Of a DNA stretch of 64,000 nt, positions 18,993 through 28,408 are shown one piece after another. The notes beneath the pieces were generated by a model that saw only the letters and a list, made by a program, of their open reading frames with translations, had not been told where the DNA came from and did no database searches. This DNA comes from Candidatus Hadarchaeales archaeon (GTDB lineage Archaea; Hadarchaeota; Hadarchaeia; Hadarchaeales; Hadarchaeaceae), in NCBI GenBank assembly GCA_038872135.1, contig JAVZGN010000001.1:64147-128146 (forward strand). The letters run 5' to 3'. Position numbers and translations under genes: made by a program. Within the stretch, counting starts at the first letter, position 1. Every line of letters starts with the position of its first letter.

Positions 18993-19089
18993 GGGCCCGT
19001 GGCTCAGTCTGGTTAGAGCAGCCGACCCCTTTGGGGGGCTGAAGCTCTTAACCGGCAGGTCGGGGGTTCGAATCCCCCCGGGCCCGCCA
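18993..19089 (+). tRNA. tRNA-Lys(CUU) with a ~19-nt intron, CCA encoded
   Basis: Acceptor GGGCCCG/CGGGCCC, D-arm GCTC..GAGC, T-arm GGGGG-TTCGAAT-CCCCC. The mature anticodon arm GCCGG-CUCUUAA-CCGGC forms only after removing ACCCCTTTGGGGGGCTGAA, which sits inside the anticodon stem. Confidence 0.75.
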
Positions 19090-19127
19090 AATGACCATCC
19101 CCTTATATCAAGGCGCGCGAAGGGGTT

Positions 19128-20405
19128 ATGGAGGAAATGAACATCTTGGTGATTGGAGCCGGCTATGTGGGATTGACCACTGGTGTTGGCTTTGCCTCTC
19201 TCGGCCACAAAGTGGTATGCGCAGACATCGACAAGAAGAAGGTTGATATGCTGAATCAGGGGAAATCCCCCATCTATGAAGAAGGCCTAGATGAACTTCT
19301 AAAAAATGTGAGATCAAAAAAGCTCTTCTCAGCCGTGACCGATGTCCAGGCTGCAGTAAAGGATGCAGAGATAATTTTCATATGCGTTGGGACCCCATCA
19401 AAGAAAACCGGTGAGATAGATCTCCGCTACCTCCTTCAGGCCGCAAGATCGGTTGGAGATGCCCTAGGCAAGGTTGATGAATACAAAATTGTTGTTGTTA
19501 AATCCACGGTGGTTCCCGGGACCACTGAGGAAAAGGTTATCCCCATCCTGGAAAAATCCTCGGGAATGAAGGCCGGGAAGGATTTTGGGATATGCGTCAA
19601 CCCCGAGTTTCTCAAGGAAGGGAGCGCCCTGAAGGATTTCTTCCACCCTGACAGAATTGTTATCGGTGAATTGAATCCAAAAAGCGGCAATGCCCTAGCA
19701 AGACTCTACCACAACTTCAAATGTCCATTCATCAGAACCAACCTGAGGACGGCGGAGATGATAAAATATGCTTCAAATGCCTTCCTGGCGGCAAAAGTGA
19801 GTCTGATAAACGAGATTGGAAACATCTGCAAGAGGCTCGGCATAGACGTCTATGAGGTGGCAAAGGGAGTGGGCGCAGACCCGAGAATTTCACCCCACTT
19901 CCTCAGGGCAGGGATTGGTTTTGGTGGCTCCTGTTTTCCAAAGGATTTGAAAGCGCTGATAGCCAGGGCCGAGGAGCTCGGCTACCGCCCGAAGATTCTC
20001 AGGTCGGTGATTGAGGTGAATGAAAGACAGCCCCTCCGCCTGCTGGAGCTCCTTAAAAAGCACATCCCCAATCTCCGCGGCAAAACGATAGGTGTCTTGG
20101 GCCTTTCATTCAAGCCCGGCACCGACGATATCAGGGAGGCCCCATCGATAAAAATCGTTAGGGAGCTGCTGAAGGAGGGCGCCAAGGTGAAGGCCTACGA
20201 TCCAGAAGCAATGGAGAACTTCAGGCGGCTTTTTCCAGACATCGACTATTGTAATGCAAAGGAGGTTTTGAAATCAGATGCAGTCCTGATCCTGACGGAG
20301 TGGGAGGAGTTCCGCAGGCTCGACTACAGGGGAAAGGTTGTTATAGATGGGAGAAAGATAGATGAGGCAAGAAAAGCAAAGATATACGAGGGGGTCTGCT
20401 GGTGA
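19128..20405 (+). CDS. Nucleotide-sugar dehydrogenase (UDP-glucose/GDP-mannose 6-dehydrogenase family)
   Basis: N-terminal Rossmann ILVIGAGYVGLTTGV; catalytic region GFGGSCFPKD; C-terminal UDP-binding domain. Confidence 0.85.
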   Translation: MEEMNILVIGAGYVGLTTGVGFASLGHKVVCADIDKKKVDMLNQGKSPIYEEGLDELLKNVRSKKLFSAVTDVQAAVKDAEIIFICVGTPSKKTGEIDLRYLLQAARSVGDALGKVDEYKIVVVKSTVVPGTTEEKVIPILEKSSGMKAGKDFGICVNPEFLKEGSALKDFFHPDRIVIGELNPKSGNALARLYHNFKCPFIRTNLRTAEMIKYASNAFLAAKVSLINEIGNICKRLGIDVYEVAKGVGADPRISPHFLRAGIGFGGSCFPKDLKALIARAEELGYRPKILRSVIEVNERQPLRLLELLKKHIPNLRGKTIGVLGLSFKPGTDDIREAPSIKIVRELLKEGAKVKAYDPEAMENFRRLFPDIDYCNAKEVLKSDAVLILTEWEEFRRLDYRGKVVIDGRKIDEARKAKIYEGVCW

Positions 20406-21235
20406 AAGCCGACAAGTTGGTTGGATTGATCCCGGCGGCGGGAAGCGGGAAAAGGTTGTTTCCCTTTGCAAAAGCAGTTCCAAAAGAGATGTACCCGATC
20501 CTCGGAAAAGCCGTCATTGAGCATTGTGTGGAGAATTTGAGGATTGGAGGAGTTTCAAAAATATTTGTGATCGTCGGGTATCAGAAAGGAGCGCTGATGG
20601 ACTACCTCGGAGATGGATCCCTCTTTGGTGTAAAAATAGCGTACATCTATCAGCTAGATCGAAAAGGTCCGGGGACAGCGATACTCCAGGCCAGGGACTG
20701 GATTGATTCAACTTTCGTCACCCTCTTCGGTGATTCTTTCATCGAGCCAAAGGAAGAAATAAAAAATCTGATCGCCCTCCATCTCAAGGAGAAGCCAATC
20801 GCCACGATACTGCTGTTTGAGGTGAACGATCCTCGAGGTTACGGCATAGCAAAATTTGAGGAGGATAGGGGAATTTTAAGAGTTAAAAAGCTTGTGGAGA
20901 AACCAAGCAGGAAACAGGCGAAACCTCTCATGGTAAATGGCAGATATTATGCCTTCTGCGGAGCCGGTGTTTTTGAGCCCAAGATCTTTGACTACATCTC
21001 AAAGACAAGACCGGGGGCCGGCGGCGAAATCCAGATAACAGATGCGATGATGCAGGCAATAAAAGACGGAGAAAATGTGAATGCACTCGTGCTCAAAGGA
21101 AAATACATTGACATTGGAAAATGGGCGACGGTCTTTAAGGCTGAGAAGGAACTTCTCGAGTCCCACACCCTCGAATTTCACACCAAAGAGAGAGAAAAAA
21201 TGGCAAAATTGATCCAGGAAAAGTGGGGAGAGTGA
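20402..21235 (+). CDS. Sugar-1-phosphate nucleotidyltransferase
   Basis: GLIPAAGSGKRLFP nucleotidyltransferase signature; 4-nt overlap with the upstream dehydrogenase. Confidence 0.8.
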   Translation: MKADKLVGLIPAAGSGKRLFPFAKAVPKEMYPILGKAVIEHCVENLRIGGVSKIFVIVGYQKGALMDYLGDGSLFGVKIAYIYQLDRKGPGTAILQARDWIDSTFVTLFGDSFIEPKEEIKNLIALHLKEKPIATILLFEVNDPRGYGIAKFEEDRGILRVKKLVEKPSRKQAKPLMVNGRYYAFCGAGVFEPKIFDYISKTRPGAGGEIQITDAMMQAIKDGENVNALVLKGKYIDIGKWATVFKAEKELLESHTLEFHTKEREKMAKLIQEKWGE

Positions 21236-21245
21236 GCACCAGAAT

Positions 21246-22190
21246 CTACAGCTTTTTTCTCCAGTAGTCAAGGGTTTTTCTGAGGGTCTCGTCAAAGGGG
21301 ATTTTCGGCTCCCATCCGCACTCCCTTTTTATCTTTGTGTTATCTCCAACAACAATGGGTTCATCGGTCGGCCTGATTTTCTTTGGATCCACCTCTATCT
21401 TCGGCCTGATGTTCGAAAAGCTTAGCAGCTTGTTCAGCATGTCTCCAATTCTGAGGGGTTTCGAGGAGCATATGTTATATATTTCCCCTATTTTCTTTTT
21501 TTCAACCAGTATCCAGAAAGCCTCCAGCGCATCCTCCACATCCATCAGATCCCTTATCACATTGAGGTTGCCAACCTTCACCACCGGCTCTGCCTCCCCC
21601 CTCTCAATTTTCACTATCTGTTTACAGAAATCGGAGCAGGCGTCCCCAGTTTTCCTTGGTCCAGTAGCACCAAAAATTCTGACCATTATCGTCTTCATCC
21701 CATAATTCTTGAAATATTGGCATGCCATCAGCGTCTGGGCAACTTTGCTAACGCCATAGGGGCTGACAGGGAGGAGTGGATGGTCCTCTTTTATTGGGGG
21801 CTCATCGGGGGAGATTAACCCATACTCCGCGCTGGACCCCGCCACCAGGATCACAGGATCGATGTTCATTTTTCTCACCCTCTCAAAGAGATTCACCGTG
21901 CCGATGACGTTCGTCTCCAATGTTCCCCTCGGCTCTATCCAGGAGATGTCTGGCCTGCTCTGCGCCGCCAGATGAAAAATCAGGTTAGGCGAAGACTCCT
22001 CAAGGGCATTTCTCACATGCTCCTCCTCTCTAACATCGCAGGTGATCAAATGGAGTTTTGGAACGAGATGCGCAACATTTTCCATTTTTTTGTCGTGAAT
22101 TGTCCCATAAACTTCGACATCCTTGGCAAGAAGAAATTCAGCCAGCCAGCTCCCGATAAACCCATTCACACCGGTTATCAGAGCTCGCAC
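21246..22190 (-). CDS. NAD-dependent epimerase/dehydratase (extended SDR)
   Basis: ITGVNGFIGSWL glycine-rich motif; YxxxK region. Confidence 0.8.
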   Translation of the reverse strand: MRALITGVNGFIGSWLAEFLLAKDVEVYGTIHDKKMENVAHLVPKLHLITCDVREEEHVRNALEESSPNLIFHLAAQSRPDISWIEPRGTLETNVIGTVNLFERVRKMNIDPVILVAGSSAEYGLISPDEPPIKEDHPLLPVSPYGVSKVAQTLMACQYFKNYGMKTIMVRIFGATGPRKTGDACSDFCKQIVKIERGEAEPVVKVGNLNVIRDLMDVEDALEAFWILVEKKKIGEIYNICSSKPLRIGDMLNKLLSFSNIRPKIEVDPKKIRPTDEPIVVGDNTKIKRECGWEPKIPFDETLRKTLDYWRKKL

Positions 22191-22254
22191 ACCATCTCCT
22201 CCGCCTACAATTCAATTTCCAGCAAATGTCTAAATACCTACCGCAGATAGATAA

Positions 22255-23244
22255 GTGATATCGATGATTATAACGAGAAGTCCAGCAAGAATAACTTTTG
22301 GTGGTGGCGGCACAGATCTCCCCTCTTACTATCTCCAGCGCGGGGGCTTCGTGATAGGAGCTGCAATAGACAAATATATCTACATAAACCTGCACGACAT
22401 TTTCATCGACAAAATCATCGCCCATTACTCAAAGTCTGAGATGGTCGACTCAGTTGATGAGCTGAAACATCCGATAATAAGGGAGGCTCTGAAGATGACG
22501 GGGGTCACAAGGAGGATAGAAGTCGGAAGCATGGCTGACATCCCTGCAAGAGCTGGGCTGGGTTCATCCGGCAGTTTCACAGTGGGGCTGCTGAAAGCCC
22601 TCCATTTTCACAACAGGGAGTTCGTCCCACCCCAGGACTTGGCGGAGGAGGCATGCAAGATAGAAATAGAGCTGCTGAAAGAGCCGGTGGGAAAGCAGGA
22701 TCAGTACATCGCGGCATTTGGGGGGATTCTAGCAATAGAATTTAAGAAGGATGGGACAGTCATTCCACAGTCCATGAGATTGTCCAAAAACACCCTTGTT
22801 GACTTGGAGGACAATCTCCTGCTCTTTTTTACGGGATTTTCCCGCAAGGGCCACAAGGCTCTGAAAAAACAGGACATTCTAACTAAAAGAGCCGACCGGG
22901 AGATGATCAGAAGTCTGGATGAAATAAAAGAAATTGGATATTTGTGCAGGGATGCCCTAAAGGCAGGAGACACCGTGAGATTCGGAGAGCTGATGAATCT
23001 TCACTGGCAGAGCAAGAAGAAACGCGGGAAAGAAATCACCAACCCAAAAATAGACAGATGGTATGAGATAGGGATAAAAAATGGCGCTGTAGGGGGGAAG
23101 CTTGTGGGAGGGGGAGGAGGCGGCTTTCTGATGTTTTATGCGAGCGACAGGGAGAAACTCAGGGCCGCGATGGAGGGGGAGGGCCTCAGGGAGGTAAGAT
23201 TTTCATTTGACTTTGAGGGCGCAAAAGTTCTTGTAGGCACATGA
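22255..23244 (+). CDS. GHMP-family sugar kinase (HddA-like)
   Basis: RSPARITFGGGGTDL N-terminus and GLGSSGSFTVGLLKAL GHMP motif. Confidence 0.7.
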   Translation: MISMIITRSPARITFGGGGTDLPSYYLQRGGFVIGAAIDKYIYINLHDIFIDKIIAHYSKSEMVDSVDELKHPIIREALKMTGVTRRIEVGSMADIPARAGLGSSGSFTVGLLKALHFHNREFVPPQDLAEEACKIEIELLKEPVGKQDQYIAAFGGILAIEFKKDGTVIPQSMRLSKNTLVDLEDNLLLFFTGFSRKGHKALKKQDILTKRADREMIRSLDEIKEIGYLCRDALKAGDTVRFGELMNLHWQSKKKRGKEITNPKIDRWYEIGIKNGAVGGKLVGGGGGGFLMFYASDREKLRAAMEGEGLREVRFSFDFEGAKVLVGT

Positions 23245-23256
23245 CAGGAGAGCCAG

Positions 23257-24540
23257 ATGGCAAAAATAGCAACTTTCGGGCTGTGGCATCTCGGATGCGT
23301 CTTTTCCGCTTGTCTTGCCGAGCTAGGGCATGATGTGGTGGGGACTGATTTCGATAAAAAAACGGTGGATGATTTGCAGCAGGGAACCCCGCCAATCTAT
23401 GAGCCTGGATTAGAGGAGTTGATAAAAAAACACCTTGGAAAAAATCTCAGTTTTGAGCCTGACAGAGAAAAAGCTTTGAATAGCGCAGATTTCATTTTTA
23501 TAACATTCGATACCTCTGTGGATGAGCAGGACAGGCCAGACTTAACGCCGATAATGAATGCCGCCGACGAGATCTCAAGATATGCAAAAGATGGAGCAAT
23601 CATCGTTGTTTCAAGCCAGGTCCCGGTTGGCACCTGCGACGAAATAAAGGAAATAATTTCACAAAAATCACGGCGAAAAGTTGATGTCTGCTACCTGCCG
23701 GAAAATCTCAGACTTGGCCGGGCCCTTGACTCATTTCTGAAGCCGGAAAGGATTGTGCTGGGTGTAAATGATCCTGAGACATCCAAGAAGGTGAAGGAGC
23801 TTTTTCTTCCTCTGGAATGTGAGATTCTAGAAATGAGCGTCAGAAGCGCAGAGATGTCAAAGCATGCCCTCAACGCTTACCTCGCCACATGCATTTCTTT
23901 TGCAAATGAAATCTCGGACCTTTGCGAAGCCTACCGAGCCTCAGCGGTTGATGTTGCAAAAGCCTTGAAAACCGACGGGAGGGTTGGAAAGCTTGCGCCG
24001 CTGGCCCCTGGCCTTGGGTTCTCCGGCGGCACCCTAGCGAGAGATGTGCAGGTTCTGAGAACTCTCGGAGAAAGGGTAGGTTGCAAAACGCATTTGCTGA
24101 ACGCCGTCATGAATGTGAATGAAGAAAGAAAGCATCTCGTCCTTAACAAACTGATGAAAATTTTCGGTGATGTCTCATCCCTCAGGGTGGGAATTTTAGG
24201 CCTCACCTACAAGCCGGGGACGGACACCTTGCGACGTTCACTGGCCCTTGAGGTCGCAAGAGAACTGATCTCCCGGGGTGTGCGGGTGAAGGCACATGAC
24301 CCCAAGATCTCTGGGCCGATAGATGGATTTCCAGAACTTCAAGTTTGTTCAAGCATTGAGGAGGTAGCAGATGGCTGTGATGCATTGGTTCTCATGACAG
24401 AGTGGCCAGAGTTCAGAGATCTCCCATTAGAAAAATTGAAGAAAATTATGAAAAGGCCGGTGATTCTTGATCCAAAGAATTTTTTGGATGGAGAGAAGTT
24501 GAAGAGGATGGGATTTGAATACTACGGGGTGGGTGTTTGA
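23257..24540 (+). CDS. Second nucleotide-sugar dehydrogenase paralogue (UDP-glucose/GDP-mannose dehydrogenase family)
   Basis: Rossmann ATFGLWHLGCVFSACLAELGHDV; GFSGGTLARD catalytic region; same three-domain layout as 19128..20405. Confidence 0.8.
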   Translation: MAKIATFGLWHLGCVFSACLAELGHDVVGTDFDKKTVDDLQQGTPPIYEPGLEELIKKHLGKNLSFEPDREKALNSADFIFITFDTSVDEQDRPDLTPIMNAADEISRYAKDGAIIVVSSQVPVGTCDEIKEIISQKSRRKVDVCYLPENLRLGRALDSFLKPERIVLGVNDPETSKKVKELFLPLECEILEMSVRSAEMSKHALNAYLATCISFANEISDLCEAYRASAVDVAKALKTDGRVGKLAPLAPGLGFSGGTLARDVQVLRTLGERVGCKTHLLNAVMNVNEERKHLVLNKLMKIFGDVSSLRVGILGLTYKPGTDTLRRSLALEVARELISRGVRVKAHDPKISGPIDGFPELQVCSSIEEVADGCDALVLMTEWPEFRDLPLEKLKKIMKRPVILDPKNFLDGEKLKRMGFEYYGVGV

Positions 24541-25391
24541 AGCTCAAAGGGAAAGTTGCCATCGTCACGGGAGCGAGCAAGGGAATCGGGCGGTGTATCG
24601 CAGAGACCTTCGCCAGGGAAGGTTGCGCTCTGACAATAGTTTCCAGAAATCTAGAAGAGATAGCTGCTGCCGCGAAGGAAATGGGAAAATATGGGGCTGA
24701 TGTATTGGCTTTGAAATGTGATGTTTCGCGAGAGGAGGAGGTGAAAAAGATGGTGGACGCCACGATTGAAAAATTTGGAAAGATAGATATTCTCGTTAAC
24801 AATGCTGGGATTTACGGCCCGTTGGGTCCATTTGTAGGCAACTCTCTGGAGGAGTGGAAGCAGACAATTGAAATAAATCTTCTGGGAGTAGTCAACTGCA
24901 CAAAGTTCGTCCTCCCCCACATGATTGCTGCGAGAAAGGGCAAAATAATAAATCTTTCTGGCGGTGGCGCGGGGGGCCCCCCAACCCCAACTCTCAGCGC
25001 CTATTTCACATCAAAGGTTGCAGTAGTTGCATTCACAGAAATCCTCGCCGCAGAAGTGAAGGATTTTAACATTCAGGTAAATGCAATAGCCCCAGGAGCT
25101 GTAAACACAAGGTTGCTTGATCAAGTGCTGGCGGCTGCGGATAGAGTGGACAAGAAGTTTCTGGAAAAATCCATAAGGCAGAAGGAGACGGGCGGCACAC
25201 CTCCCCAGAAAGCCGCCGACCTTGCTCTCTTCCTAGCCTCAGATGAGTCGGACGGGATAACCGGCAAGCTTCTCAGCGCCGTCTGGGATGATTACAGGAG
25301 CTTTTCGCAGCTACCGCCAAGCGTCAGAGATTCCAGCATCTATACCCTCAGAAGAATCGATGGAAAATTTTTCAGAGAGGTTCAGCCATGA
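24537..25391 (+). CDS. Short-chain dehydrogenase/reductase (SDR)
   Basis: TGASKGIG cofactor motif, NNAG, YxxxK. Confidence 0.85.
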   Translation: MKLKGKVAIVTGASKGIGRCIAETFAREGCALTIVSRNLEEIAAAAKEMGKYGADVLALKCDVSREEEVKKMVDATIEKFGKIDILVNNAGIYGPLGPFVGNSLEEWKQTIEINLLGVVNCTKFVLPHMIAARKGKIINLSGGGAGGPPTPTLSAYFTSKVAVVAFTEILAAEVKDFNIQVNAIAPGAVNTRLLDQVLAAADRVDKKFLEKSIRQKETGGTPPQKAADLALFLASDESDGITGKLLSAVWDDYRSFSQLPPSVRDSSIYTLRRIDGKFFREVQP

Positions 25392-26371
25392 GGATTGGAA
25401 TAATCGGTGCTGGGCTGGTGGGGAGCAAGAGGGCGAAGGCGATTGGAGATCACCAACTCCTGGCCGTGGCAGATATAAATGAAAGCCGGGCGAGAGAGCT
25501 AGCTGCAGCTCATAGGTGCAGGTGGACAAAAGACTGGAAAGATGTTGTTGCAGATGATTCAATTGACCTGGTGATTGTTTCCACGACAAATGACTGGCTT
25601 GCACCGATTACAATTGAAGCAATCAAGAATGGAAAGCACGTCCTCGTAGAAAAGCCGGCTGCCAGAAACCCCCCAGAGCTTCAAAAAGTAATCGAGGTGG
25701 CGAAAAAACATCCAGAATTAAAGGTGAAGGTTGGGTTCAATCATAGATTTCACCCAGCCATTCAAAAGGCCAAGGAGATTTTTGAGAGCGGCAGGTTCGG
25801 CAGACTCATGTACATTCGGGGAAGGTATGGGCATGGAGGAAGAAAAGGCTATGAGAAGGAATGGCGGGCAAAACCAGAAATCGCGGGAGGTGGAGAAATG
25901 CTAGATCAGGGCATACACCTCGTGGACCTCTGCAGATGGTTCGGGGGGGATTTTGATGTGGCGATGGGATATTGCGCCACAATGTTCTGGGACATGGAGG
26001 TCGAGGATAACTGCTTTGCCCTTCTAAAAAATAAGAGGGGGGCGGTGGCATGGCTCCACGCCAGCTGGACTGAGTGGAAAAATCTTTTCTCCTTCGAAAT
26101 TTTTTGCGAGAGGGGGAAGCTGGAGATAAATGGACTTGGAGGAAGCTATGGTGAAGAGACCCTCACCTGCTATAAAATGAGACCAGAGTTTGGCGTCCCC
26201 GACAAAGAAGTTTTCTCCTGGAAGGGAGAGGATGTCTCTTGGAGGAAGGAATTAGAGCATTTTGTGGCGGCAATAGAAAAGAAAAAGCCAATTTCTGGCA
26301 CTCTTGAGGATGCCGCTGCGGCGATGAAGCTGATTTTCGACATCTACAGGTGGAGCAAAAAGCAGGGATGA
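25388..26371 (+). CDS. Gfo/Idh/MocA family oxidoreductase (sugar-nucleotide oxidoreductase-like)
   Basis: IGIIGAGLVGSKRA Rossmann; EKP motif (LVEKPAARN). Confidence 0.75.
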   Translation: MRIGIIGAGLVGSKRAKAIGDHQLLAVADINESRARELAAAHRCRWTKDWKDVVADDSIDLVIVSTTNDWLAPITIEAIKNGKHVLVEKPAARNPPELQKVIEVAKKHPELKVKVGFNHRFHPAIQKAKEIFESGRFGRLMYIRGRYGHGGRKGYEKEWRAKPEIAGGGEMLDQGIHLVDLCRWFGGDFDVAMGYCATMFWDMEVEDNCFALLKNKRGAVAWLHASWTEWKNLFSFEIFCERGKLEINGLGGSYGEETLTCYKMRPEFGVPDKEVFSWKGEDVSWRKELEHFVAAIEKKKPISGTLEDAAAAMKLIFDIYRWSKKQG

Positions 26372-27336
26372 TTTTTGTGAAAAGGAAAATTCCCGGGGTT
26401 CCAGTCCGCGATATTTCTCTTTCGGATGTTAATACCGTCGATGAAATAGTGAAAAAAATGTTTGAAGGTGGAGGTTTTGTGGCAAAAAATCTGGCGGTCG
26501 CAACGGACATCTTAGAAAAGATGGTCAAGGATGAGAAGTGCGTGAAATTTTTGTCATTTCCGGCGTGCATCATCGCTACAGGCTGCAGAGGAGTCGTAAA
26601 GGAGTTGGTCAAAAGAAAGCTTATGGATGTCCTGATCACCACTTGCGGAACGCTTGACCACGACCTGGCGAGGTGCTGGGGAGACTACTACCACGGGGAT
26701 TTTTCGGCAGACGACAGAAAACTAAAAAAAGAAAGAATCCATAGGCTCGGAAATGTCTTCGTGCCCGAGAAAAATTATGGATTGATTTTGGAGGAAAAGC
26801 TCCAGCCAATTTTCGAAGAAATCTGGAAAGAGAGAAAATCCATAGGGGGAAAGGATCTGATCTGGGAAATTGGGAAGAGGGTGAAAAACAAAGACTCCAT
26901 CCTTTACTGGGCCTGGAAAAATCAAATCCCAGTTTTCGTTCCCGGGATCTTCGATGGGGCAGTGGGAAGCCAGCTCTGGATGTTTTGGCAGTCCCACAGG
27001 GATTTCAGACTGCAGATGTTTGAGGATCAGCAGAATCTTGCAGACATTGTTTTCGGCGCTAAAAGAACCGGGGCGCTGATGATTGGAGGCGGCATAAGCA
27101 AGCATCACACGATGTGGTGGAATCAATTTCATGGTGGATTGGACTATGCCGTGTACATAACTACTGCTCCAGAGTGGGACGGGAGTCTAAGCGGAGCCAG
27201 GGTAAAAGAGGGAATTTCCTGGGGAAAAGTGAAACCAAATGCAAGGTTTGTTACGGTGGATGGGGATGCGACGGTTCTTCTTCCGATAATAGTGGCGGCC
27301 CTCCTCGAAAGGCTCAAAAGGAGGAGAATCAGGTAA
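26350..27336 (+). CDS. dys: Deoxyhypusine synthase
   Basis: Overall DHS pattern: ITTCGTLDHDL, ERIHRLGNVFVPEKNY, IGGGISKHHT, ~320 aa. Overlaps the upstream gene by 22 nt. Confidence 0.7.
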   Translation: MEQKAGMIFVKRKIPGVPVRDISLSDVNTVDEIVKKMFEGGGFVAKNLAVATDILEKMVKDEKCVKFLSFPACIIATGCRGVVKELVKRKLMDVLITTCGTLDHDLARCWGDYYHGDFSADDRKLKKERIHRLGNVFVPEKNYGLILEEKLQPIFEEIWKERKSIGGKDLIWEIGKRVKNKDSILYWAWKNQIPVFVPGIFDGAVGSQLWMFWQSHRDFRLQMFEDQQNLADIVFGAKRTGALMIGGGISKHHTMWWNQFHGGLDYAVYITTAPEWDGSLSGARVKEGISWGKVKPNARFVTVDGDATVLLPIIVAALLERLKRRRIR

Positions 27337-28408
27337 CCCAGATCGGAAGGGGTCTCCCTTCTTTTTTCATCTCTTCAATGACTTTCCTCGCGCTTTCTTT
27401 TTTTGTTCCAGCATTTCTTCTTATCTCTTGAATGCTTTCTTCGCCCATCGGGGAAATCTTCAATTCCCTAAATTTTATAGCAAAATCAAGCGCTTCTTTT
27501 CCACTCTCGGTCCTGACTATGAGTGTAGAATGCCCTTCGGGAGCTCCAGTAGCCCCAATGGAGATGTCGGCTAGCTCTGCCGAGAAATCCATGCAAACTC
27601 TGCAGGGCAAATCCACATATTTTCTTGCAACTGAAAGCGGTATCTCTCTGGTAGGCTTCATGGTCCTATAAATCAAAATTCTCCCATTTTTTATGTCGAA
27701 TTTATCTATTTCCAGAAGCGGGGTTTTCGTCTGTCCTTCCACAACTTCCACGAAAAAATCATATTTGAAAGCTTCGCGACAGAAGATCCCGATGCAGAGT
27801 TTCACTGCTTCTGAAAGCTGTCTGTTTGTTGGATTTGCCATCTGGATCTGTCTGACTGCGGCTATCTGACAGGGAAGCCCAACAATTGCCAATTTTTTCT
27901 TATAGAAGTGGCGAATGGCATCCAACAGTCCAGTTAAGAGCGGCCCCCGCACATACTTGCTCCCGGCAGCGTCAAGGAGTTCATCCCTCGTAGTTGCAAC
28001 AAATGGAGCCGGCATCCACCTCTCGCTTCCCATCCCCGTCACCACCGCCCCATCGACAAACTCATATTCAAGGAGAGTCCCGAGAAGTGAAGTGGCGGCC
28101 CCTCCATCCTGAGCTCTCTGAAGCAAATTTTGGTCCTCGGCTCTCGCGGAAAAGATCTCCAAATAGTTTCCTATCGCTGGATCCCCACTTTTACCGAAGA
28201 GTTTCACCTTTATCGATTCAAGCGATGCCGTCTGCGGACATCCCCCATAGCATATCCCACAGTTTATGCAAGTCCCGGTGAGAGCAGCCCTGTTTTCCCT
28301 GAGGCTCAGACACTGAACAGGACAGGAAGCAACGCATGCTCCACATCCCAAGCAAAGCTCACGGTTGGCGACATCCCCTTCAAGGTCTTTGAACGTTTTT
28401 ACCGTCAT
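27329..28408 (-). CDS. FrhB/FdhB-family (coenzyme F420 hydrogenase/dehydrogenase beta-like) protein with two N-terminal 4Fe-4S ferredoxin motifs
   Basis: CLGCGACVASCP and CINCGICYGGCP ferredoxin motifs followed by an FrhB-like N/C region. Confidence 0.6.
   Translation of the reverse strand: MTVKTFKDLEGDVANRELCLGCGACVASCPVQCLSLRENRAALTGTCINCGICYGGCPQTASLESIKVKLFGKSGDPAIGNYLEIFSARAEDQNLLQRAQDGGAATSLLGTLLEYEFVDGAVVTGMGSERWMPAPFVATTRDELLDAAGSKYVRGPLLTGLLDAIRHFYKKKLAIVGLPCQIAAVRQIQMANPTNRQLSEAVKLCIGIFCREAFKYDFFVEVVEGQTKTPLLEIDKFDIKNGRILIYRTMKPTREIPLSVARKYVDLPCRVCMDFSAELADISIGATGAPEGHSTLIVRTESGKEALDFAIKFRELKISPMGEESIQEIRRNAGTKKESARKVIEEMKKEGRPLPIWVT

Noticed and set aside
18963-19208. 81-aa minus-strand ORF
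   Set aside because: It overlaps the tRNA-Lys gene and the start of the sugar dehydrogenase gene, so it is spurious.
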